Program-made: the position numbers and the translations under genes
Assembly: GCF_000400465.1 (NCBI RefSeq)
Contig: NW_008806283.1
Location: 210,001 to 242,000 of the forward strand
Direction of reading: 5' to 3'
Source of the DNA: Wallemia ichthyophaga EXF-994
Lineage: Eukaryota > Fungi > Basidiomycota
DNA length: 32,000 bases
Notes under the pieces: generated by a model
Database searches by the model: none
What the model saw: only the letters and a program-made list of their open reading frames with translations
What the model was told of the DNA's origin: nothing
In this document: one piece after another, positions 10,325 to 19,123 of the stretch
How the letters are laid out: each line of letters starts with the position of its first letter
Position numbering within the stretch: the first letter of the stretch is position 1

Positions 10325-12223
10325 ATGAAAAGCCTGAGGAGGTCACTCAATAAGGATAAGACAAATAGCGGTAGTACAAGTAATAGCACTAGCCATAGCC
10401 AGCAACAGATATCACCAAAAATAGCAGTGCTGCAACCACCTCAACTTGTCATAAAGGCAATTGGTTCGTATAGGGCGGAGAAAGCCGGGGAACTGAGTTT
10501 CGATGCTGGAGTATTCTACCACGTTCCAAGTCTAGAAATTGGCGGCGATGAGTTTTATGAAGCACACGACCCACTTAAGGGTACAAGAGGTCTTGTGCCA
10601 CGCTACCTGTTTGAGCCACTTAAAAGAGGAGGCGTAAGTGTGGACAATAGACAGTCATACGAGCATCACAATCAGCCCAATTCACACTCACACTCACACC
10701 CCAATTCACACTCTTCAAAGCCCTCCACTCAATACGCCGTCGTCCAGTTCGATTTTCTCGCAGAGAGACCAGACGAACTGAGCGCAAAAGCAGGCGAACC
10801 AATCATCGTCATTGCCCAATCAAACCATGAGTGGTTCGTCGCTAAACCCATCATGCGTCTCGGAGGTCCCGGTCTTATCCCCGTGGCATTTGTCGAGATT
10901 AGAGACCAGAAGAGTAATCAACCACTAGATACACACGCAATCGTGAGATCTGCTGTTATCCCCAAAGTTGAAGACTGGAAGCGACAAGCCGCTGATTACA
11001 AGAAAGCTTCGATTCCGCTTGGAAGATTTGAATTTAACAAGATGGACAACAGACACAAAGATGAAAAAGACAACGACAAGGAAAATTCTTTCCCGGAGAA
11101 TTCCACCCCTCACGGTGTCTCACACGGCAGCAACAACATACCAAGTACTCATCCAAGTACCAATTTTATATCACCCACTGAAAACGCTCAAATAGCATCT
11201 ACATCTCAACTGCCATCTGCAACCACGCCACCTGCAACTACACCATCCATCACTAGCATATTGCAATCATCCGTTGTCTCCCACTATCACGAGAATGAAG
11301 TGACGTGGTTCCAGTTCAATATTGTTTTCGTAGAAGCTGATACAACCGACGCGACTTTCATACCAACTAATCACACGCGCTCAATGATTCTATTCAGACT
11401 ATACGAAGATTTCTACGATTTCCAGATAAGATTGCTTGATACTTTCCCTGTTGAAGCTGGAAGGAGAGTGTCAGCAGATGGACAGGGGAAGACGCGTATA
11501 TTGCCTTACTTACCTGGACCTATAGAAGCGCATGATCTCAATGAGGTGTCTATAGTGAGAAGACGACTAGAGCTCAATCAATATGTGCACGAATTGTCTT
11601 CTCTCCCACAGCATATTATTAGCTGCGAGCTTTTTAGGGATTTCTTAGATGTCAGACCAGGCGATAGGGAGGTGAGCCACAGAAGTGAGCAGGGTGAAAT
11701 GGGTGAGATTGGCGAGGTTGGTGAATACGCCGAGCATGCTGAGGAGCATACTGAGCACAATTTGCATAATGCCCAACCCAAACACTCATCCGCATCAAGT
11801 TTATCAATTAACGGCGGTTTGGTTGAGAGTATGCACCATTTAGCTGTGGCGCAAGAAGAACAAAAAGACGAAGAGGAGCAAGAGAAACATCAAGACATAC
11901 CAGTATCGGCATCTGTCGACAGCTCACTAAGCGCACTACCTAAACTCGCATCCGAGTCAACACTTTCAACAATGTCAACCAGCGCGATGAAAGTGAAAGT
12001 ACTACACCAACCCACAGGTGACTTGATAGCATTGCGGATATCACCTACCGATCTCAAGTTGGATAGCCTTTTGGACAAGATAAGGGAGCGTTTCGGAGTT
12101 GATGTTAACCGGATATGGTCGAATGATGACAGCAGCAGCTTTGACAGGAAGGAGATTAGCACGGATGAGGAGCTGCACGAATGGTTGAACAATGCGTCTA
12201 AATTGAGTTTAATTGTTAGTTGA
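10325..12223 (+). CDS. BEM1: Polarity scaffold Bem1/Scd2 (SH3-SH3-PX-PB1), ~632 aa
   Basis: MKSLRRSL start, SH3 AIGSYRAEKAGELSF..GLVPRYLFE, SH3 FDFLAERPDELSAKAGE..EWFVAKPIMRLGGPGLIP, PX LFRLYEDFYDFQIRLLDTFPVEAGR, PB1 MKVKV..LIALR. Confidence 0.95.
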   Translation: MKSLRRSLNKDKTNSGSTSNSTSHSQQQISPKIAVLQPPQLVIKAIGSYRAEKAGELSFDAGVFYHVPSLEIGGDEFYEAHDPLKGTRGLVPRYLFEPLKRGGVSVDNRQSYEHHNQPNSHSHSHPNSHSSKPSTQYAVVQFDFLAERPDELSAKAGEPIIVIAQSNHEWFVAKPIMRLGGPGLIPVAFVEIRDQKSNQPLDTHAIVRSAVIPKVEDWKRQAADYKKASIPLGRFEFNKMDNRHKDEKDNDKENSFPENSTPHGVSHGSNNIPSTHPSTNFISPTENAQIASTSQLPSATTPPATTPSITSILQSSVVSHYHENEVTWFQFNIVFVEADTTDATFIPTNHTRSMILFRLYEDFYDFQIRLLDTFPVEAGRRVSADGQGKTRILPYLPGPIEAHDLNEVSIVRRRLELNQYVHELSSLPQHIISCELFRDFLDVRPGDREVSHRSEQGEMGEIGEVGEYAEHAEEHTEHNLHNAQPKHSSASSLSINGGLVESMHHLAVAQEEQKDEEEQEKHQDIPVSASVDSSLSALPKLASESTLSTMSTSAMKVKVLHQPTGDLIALRISPTDLKLDSLLDKIRERFGVDVNRIWSNDDSSSFDRKEISTDEELHEWLNNASKLSLIVS

Positions 12224-12267
12224 ATTTCATTCCAACTTGGCTATCTACCTTCTTTTTTAAAACGGTC

Positions 12268-13274
12268 ATGGATTTCTCAGCCGAGACATATTTTAGCACA
12301 CAGCCAGAACCAGCAAACCACGCCGAGAAGTTAGCTTCTGTGACTGCGTTTATAGACAGACAAATTTCACGTAACCGTCGAGTAGCTCTTGTAACTGTAA
12401 GTGAAGATTGACATCATATCGGATAAGACATCTGAGGGTGTTAATATAGTCTGGTGGCACTACAGTACCGCTTGAGAAGAATACTGTGCGTTTTCTCGAC
12501 AATTTTAGCGCTGGTACGCGTGGAGCGACTTCAGCGGAATACCTCCTTAACGATCCACGCTATGCAGTTATATTTATGCATCGCCAGCATTCTCTCCAGC
12601 CATACACTAAGCATTTCAGTCACACCACCAACCCTTTCCTCGATCTACTCAATCTACCGGAATCCCCCGATGATGAAATCACAGTGAACAGAAACAAGAC
12701 ACCTGAAATGTTCAACATACTCCGCAATCACCATCAAGTCGTCTGCGAAGATAGATTATTTAGTCTCCCATTCGTCACTATCGCCGATTACCTTTTCTTG
12801 TTGCGGGATGTGAGTATGGCTATGAAATCTTGTTCAAAGAGCGCCCTCTATTACCTCGCTGCTGCAGTCAGTGATTTCTTTATACCAACGCAGAAAATCT
12901 ACGAGCATAAAATTCAGTCACAAAAGGGTAGCTTGCAGATAGAGATGGATCAAACACCCAAAATACTCGGTTCTCTCGTTAAGGATTGGACTCCGGAGGG
13001 TTTCATTGTCAGCTTTAAATTGGAAACTGAACATTCACTCTTAATACCTAAAGCTATTGGTGCTCTCGAAAAGTATGAGCATCATCTCGTTATCGCTAAT
13101 GAACTTAAGAATAGAAAATACAAAGTAGCTCTGGTTGAAAGGAAGCTGGATGGTCAATTCAGTGAGGACTTTGTCGAGATTGGTGAAAATACCCACGATA
13201 AGGAAATTGAAGAGGAGATAATCAAGCAGGTTATCAGTAGACACGATATTCATCTCACTCAGCAGCGACTTTGA
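12268..13274 (+). CDS. CAB2: Phosphopantothenate-cysteine ligase (PPCS; CoA biosynthesis), ~317 aa; intron 12397-12449
   Basis: Spliced VALVT|[62 protein letters not shown]. Confidence 0.95.
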
Positions 13275-13458
13275 GGCTTTAACATTTCATTTCAACGCGA
13301 TTCTATCGTGAAACAAGCCCAATTCCATTAGACAAAACATTTCGGAACATAACACTCTTTCTATACATTCACCCTTTCTGTGTACAGTTTGTACATACTA
13401 TATCACTCTTCATGATACAAATATCTATCTAATTATACAAATATCCTTGCTAGTAAAA

Positions 13459-14932
13459 TTACTGTGAATGGCCGTCGTCAGTCTCAAGTGGCGGTGCACT
13501 TGCTTCAATCGTTCGAGTGTTGTGTGAAGGAGGCGGTGCAGACGGCGCAGGTGGTATAATATGATCGTTATTCGACTCCTGCAGATTTTATTAGTAAAGC
13601 TTTACCACATCGAAACCAACTCACATCAGAATAAGGTAGATCAAATGGACTGAACGTCGGTTCAAATGCGGTAGGAGGAAGTGGTAAACTAGGCATTAAA
13701 TCTTTCTTCTTGGTATCGGAATTATCATGATCGGGCTGCTTCCAAAACCCTTCTTCCACAGTCTCATAGCCATCACCGTCAACATTAGCCACTGGAACTG
13801 ATGCATCATGCCGCCGTTGCTCGTCATCTCCAAATGGCGATGAAGAAGCCATATGTAGATTCCGCAAATGATCTTTATCATCAATTGCAATATGAGCAGT
13901 GAGATGATGAGCACTGTTGTCATTCTCACTATCACTATCACTCGTCGCTGGTTCTGGCGTTTCTTCCAGCTCCTCGAGATCGTTATTGCCTCGACTGTTA
14001 ATATAGCGTGACTTTTCCGTTTGGCGTGTCGTACTCGGTGCTCGTCTTGATGTTGTCGGTCTTTGCGAGTTAGGTCTGTATGCCGGAGGTAGAGCTGGTA
14101 GTGCGCCTGAGTCTGTGTCGCGGTCTAATGGGAATGGAGGTGGCGATTCATGATGCTCGTGGTGCTCGTGGTGCTCATTTTCATTATCGTCATTGCGTTG
14201 ACGTGGCTGAATTTGAGTCAAAGTCTCTTGGTTGACTTGCTCAGCTTGCTCAACTCCCCCAAGTCCCCGACTGTTGTCATCATCACCCTCGCTAGCTCGA
14301 TTCCTCCCTGTGTCGTGACTGAGTAACTCGCCTCTCTCCTCCTCGTTATCGTTATCGTTGTTGTTGTTGATTGATGGGCTGATTATGGAACGGAGAGAAG
14401 GCACATGATGTATTTTCCTGCCTTTCCTATGTTTAAGGTATTTGAGCGGGTTCCTCCGCTTCCTGACAAACGAGGTGGTACTTTTAGGCTCATCCTGATC
14501 GCCATCAAAACCACTCTCGCTCTTTTTAAGCTTAGTTCGGGATTTGGATTTCCGCCGCCGCCTCCACACGATAGTCCCGAACATTGTGAAGACTATCACG
14601 GAAGCGAGTACGACACTAATACCAATAATAAGTGGCTCACTGTTCTTGTGGTAGGATGCGTTGGCATGATTAGTCCCCCACCCTCGAGGCATGGATGGGT
14701 TATTGGTATCGAATGGATCCATACTACTTCGCTTGTCGTAGACATTGACGCCCCAGAATTTGAACTCATTGACTTTTTCACTGTTCTTTGTCAGCTTTAG
14801 CGGCAAATTGACTTGCTCAAGCTCAACGCTGTAGCTCTGATTGAGTTCTGCTTGTGTATTACCGTAAGCCAAGCCATATGTGACTAATACACATAGTAAA
14901 TTAATAAAGAGGCATACTCGCACACCCTTCAT
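13459..14932 (-). CDS. Uncharacterised type I single-pass membrane protein, ~475 aa; intron 13579-13624
   Basis: N-terminal signal peptide, one TM IIGISVVLASVIVFTMFGTIVW followed by RRRRKSK, long disordered tail with PPAY. A GTGAGT..CTAAT..CAG intron adds an exon ending at TAA 13459. Confidence 0.78.
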
Positions 14933-15081
14933 GAAATCTCACACGGATTTCCTCAATTTCTGGTTTATGGGGGATCACAGTCGGAAACCACGATAAGATA
15001 TGGTGGGAAAATTGGTTTATTTTTTCATAGCTTTGTCAATTTAGGCACAAATCAAATCAAATTAAATCAGTCGTCGTCAGA

Positions 15082-15869
15082 TTATGCTACAGATTCCCTC
15101 ATTATCTTGATTTTCTTGGTAAATTTCTCAACATTTAATTCTGGCTGTAGTGCTGTGAGTAAAGTGGAAGTGGCAGCGAACCACTTACGCTTGGTGTAGT
15201 GGACTTTACAGAAGGCAAATCAAGCAAGTCTGTAACGTATCTGTTGAACTTTTGATACTTCTCCGTCTTGAGTGTCTCAAGCACGCTCCTTGCGCCTGCG
15301 ATATCGCAAACATCTTCTTTTGCGTTCTCAGCAAAGTCCTTGAATCTGACAAAGAATGGTGCAAATGCTAAATCACCAATTGTTGGCTTGTTGTCTCCCA
15401 ATAAGAAACCGGTTTCTGGAAGGTGAGCTTGGAGTGCGTCAATAGCTTGCAAGATATTCGTTGAACTTTCGCCGCGGAACAACCAAGCAAAGTATTGAGA
15501 GTTGAAGTAGCCGCCTGCTTCGATGAACAGACGTACTTTGGCCCGGTTGACAGCATTCACCAAGCCATGAGGAAGGAGGTGTGCATCTGGATAGAGATCA
15601 GCAACCAATTCCAACAAAACTAAGCTCTCATTGATCGACACTCCGTTCTCTGGAATCTTAGAAATGTCTTTCTGGTGATTGTCTTTGTCTATAACAAGCG
15701 CTGGAACTTTGGAAGCTGGGTTGATTTGAGGATACCATTCTGGCTTCTTCTCTAAATCAATTTCCACCTTCTCGAACTTGGCACCGGCTTGCAGCAGCGC
15801 AGCCTCTACACGATGCGCAAAGGGGCAAATGTGTGCTGTGTATAAAACTAAGCGTGAAGTCAAAGTCAT
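15082..15869 (-). CDS. Cys-type (omega-like) glutathione S-transferase, ~247 aa; intron 15145-15188
   Basis: HICPFAHRV catalytic motif, KPEWYPQINPASKVPAL (cis-Pro loop), INESLVLLE, N-capping PTIGDLAFAPF. Confidence 0.9.
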
Positions 15870-15922
15870 GATTGTTGATGGTAGAGGGAGAAAGTAATTA
15901 AACTGGATTTGTAATAGATTTA

Positions 15923-15929
15923 TTAGTCA
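15923..15929 (-). promoter_or_regulatory. Possible Yap1/AP-1 response element (TGACTAA) just upstream of the GST ATG
   Basis: TTAGTCA on + (TGACTAA on -) about 54 bp upstream of the start codon. A 7-mer can occur by chance. Confidence 0.3.
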
Positions 15930-17279
15930 TCAGCTTGCGCATGATTGCATTTGAAAGTAAATATCTGGGATAATTTTGACAATTTACACAATTCGCTCTA
16001 TTCACAGCTCTGTTATCGAAACTTGTGGCAAAGATGGAGCTGTCCATCGATGATGTCATTAGCACGGCCACGATGGTTTAATAATCTAGCTTTAGGGATT
16101 CCAGTAGGGTTTGTAATCAAGCTCACGCTCTTTGGAAGTATTAAGGTATTTGTAATCTTCGCGCGAGCGTTGTCACTTTAAGCCAAGTAAAATTGTTTCG
16201 GGATCGTAATTTGGTACAAAATAGTTTAATCGCCTTCACACTCCTATTTTTTGGAATCTCGGAATGCACTTGGTCGATCCAAACCATCGATTTCAGAATT
16301 AAGCTGACCCCTACTTTCCTTTGCATGAATTGCTTTTATACCCGTGCGATGGTCCAGAGTGATAAATTTTTTTCGCTGTAGCCACCATCGTGTCCTGTGG
16401 ACGCTATTTGTCGGAGAATGTAAATCACGTCTAGAAGGGCCAGCATTTTTGAGTTCTTGACTACTGCGGTTTTCATCAGCTTAAATTGTTTGTTTCTATC
16501 GATGAAGTTCCTGAAATCTCCATACCTAATCTGCAGGGTGCTCTAGAGCGATGTCGGACCGCAAATCCTGGACGGCCTACAGTGCGCGATTAGAGGCTTA
16601 GAGATATGCTTCTGGTGACGCCTCATAGAAACCATTCAGAGCTACATGCCAAGATCCTTTATTTGGAGATCATCAAAACTCGTAAATCAGCCATTTGAGA
16701 TCAGTGGTGGTCAAAAAACTAACTCAGTGGATATTGAACGGAGGGATTATGTGTGGATGTATTTAAAATGCTGGATATGCTAAGAAAATGTTGGAAATGG
16801 TATCTTCTTCAATTGGTCAGTATATCGTATCTCTGCGTTCGGTTTCTCACTTACTTGGCCATTTGTTGCGTGAGTTGAATCAACTCAACTCAGTGGAATA
16901 ACCAGTATCTATGAGAGGCATTTATTGAATAACTGAAATTCACATGCAAACACCACACTTCCATGTGGTTTCGCTCTTAGGTCATTAGTGATATATCATC
17001 GGGTCGCAATGAAGCCATTGACAGACGTGAGATAAAACCTAGTAGGTAGAGCTGCGCATTGTGCTCTACTTGGTTGATGTTGATTGGATTGCGTCGATAT
17101 AGATAAGACAACTTTAGTGATGTTTGGCGGCGATTACAGGCATCGAGTAGTCTTTTGGTATACAAGTCTTGTCAATATAGCGACAGTAGCTGCACCCCCA
17201 AACATTAAACCCTGCTTGCAATTTACTTAGATACTTAAAGCAAGAAATGGAATCGTAAGACAGATAATTACAAAATAAA

Positions 17280-18520
17280 TTAATCACTCTCATCTTCGGA
17301 CTCAGCCTCGTCGAGCCACTAGAGTTTTTTGTTAGCTATGTGTGAACAAGGTAATGTCTGATACTCACCTTCAAAAATGGCTTGGCAGAAACTCTGACTT
17401 TCTTTGAGACATCTTTATCGACATACTTTTTAGAAACATGCGTACCCCAGTGCTGAATGACTTCCTCTTCCAGGAGATCAGCTTGATAGATCTTCATGAG
17501 CAGTTTAGGAAGCTGAGGAAGAAGTTCCGGGTAGTTGAGACCAACGAGTCTCTCAAGACCGCCGAGAATACTCTTTTGATGCTTTTCAGAACCATCCTTG
17601 CACATTTGTTCCAAGACTGGAATAATACCATCAAGCTCCTTGAAAGCGTTTTGGGTGAGAGCAGATTGGATGACAACTTGGACAGTTTTATGCTTTTGTT
17701 CTATATTCAGATCTCTGGACTTGTTGAGGATATCAACAGGATTGATGGTTTGATCTTCGGCGTGCTTCTCCTCAATCCACAAAGCCAACTGAGATTCAGG
17801 GGCATCGTTACCGTCTTCATCAGAGTTAGCGCCGTCTTGTCCGAGGATGGTAGTGACACCTTCAGATAACTGATTAACTCTAGCTTGGACAGCTGCCTCT
17901 GAGGTGTCGACACTCCATTCATTGTCAGCTTTCTTATCAGCAATGGGGACAGCCTTAGCTTCAGCGTTAATTCTAGCAGTGAGATCATCTTGAGTTTGAG
18001 CGTCATTCTCCATTTGTTCGACTTCGTCAGTTGCCTTGTTTGCAGCTTCAGCATGAGCGCCTTGACCTTTCTTCTTCTTTGGAGGCGGATTCTTTTGAAT
18101 GTAAGTGGTAAGCTTATGTACCTTATCGACACCAGAGCGTTTACCGCAAGCTTTGCAATCCTTAATAATGTCATCATTCTTAGACATTTGTAATTCCGTT
18201 TCAGGGTTTTTGCAAGAACCACAGAGAACAAATTTAGCGATGAAGGAATCGAGGACTTCCCTAAGCCTGTCAACCTGATGACTACCATTAACGATATACC
18301 GATCATTCTTATCGTCCAAAGTAGTTTGAGCACCCAACTCGAAACCAAAGAACTTTGTTGGATAGTTTGGAGGTCTAGCCAAGGCTTTTGCGACGTCTGA
18401 CATATTTGGAATTACAGTCTTTATGCCATTTCCCTTGCCTTCAATTTTTGTAACCAACTGAGGCATTTTATACCTGTAAAATTTATCATCAACGTCCCTT
18501 CTAATATTTACTAGCGTCAT
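17280..18520 (-). CDS. TIF5: Translation initiation factor eIF5, ~396 aa; intron 17319-17368
   Basis: DDKFYRYKMP, KIEGKGNGIKTV, YPTKFFGFELGAQT, C4 zinc finger (CGSC..CKACG), W2/HEAT domain with spliced acidic end PFLK|WLDEAESEDESD. Confidence 0.97.
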
Positions 18521-18530
18521 TGTATAGCAT
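18501..18530 (-). promoter_or_regulatory. Out-of-frame overlapping uORF (MLYNDASKY*) on eIF5, with a weak-context uAUG
   Basis: uATG at 18530-18528 (tac-ATG-c, pyrimidine at -3) lies 10 nt upstream of the main ATG (aca-ATG, A at -3). Stop TAG at 18503-18501 is inside the eIF5 CDS. Confidence 0.7.
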
Positions 18531-18608
18531 GTAAAGCGATTCTAATCGTTTAAACTTAATTTTCGTTGTTGGTGGTTGGCCTGGGAGAACAGTGATGGGA
18601 AATATCAA

Positions 18609-19064
18609 TCAATCCATGCTAAAATCTTCTACAACAGAAACTTGGGCGTAAGTTTTATCATCTTCGTAGGCGTCATCGCGCTGCTTATTGGATTCCTTGT
18701 TATCCTTGTTATCTTCCTCCTCCTCTTGCGTTTTCCACTGAGACTCGTAATTTTCATAATTCGATTTAGCTTCAGTTTTGCGATGAGCCCTGAGCTGCGA
18801 GGATATTTGTTAGAGTCAAAACGCACACCCATCCCCACTAACCTCCTTGGTTTCCTGCTTCTTGGCCTCCTTATCCCTCGCCACCGCCTTTTCCCTCCTA
18901 TCATTTAGACGCTTCTGCTTCCTCTTTCTAAACCCAGTGAGATATTCCCTACGCTTGTCCTCATCGAATACGATCTCATCCACCTGCTTCGTCTTGTTCT
19001 GGCGCTTCCTCCCCAATGCCTCCTTATCAAAGCTCAAAATTGCGCTATTCGATGATTTACCCAT
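18609..19064 (-). CDS. RRP17: Nucleolar protein 12 / Rrp17 family, ~135 aa; intron 18795-18842
   Basis: EIVFDEDKRREYLTGFRKRKQKR signature. Spliced exon ends YEDDKTYAQVSVVEDFSMD*. Confidence 0.85.
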
Positions 19065-19123
19065 GACCGCACAAAAGCAAATTGATAAGCTGCGAAAATG
19101 TTTTATTTATTAATGTACACATA

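Noticed and set aside
17707-18348. 213-aa alternative-frame ORF inside eIF5
   Set aside because: No recognisable motif. Its composition is a by-product of eIF5 codon usage.
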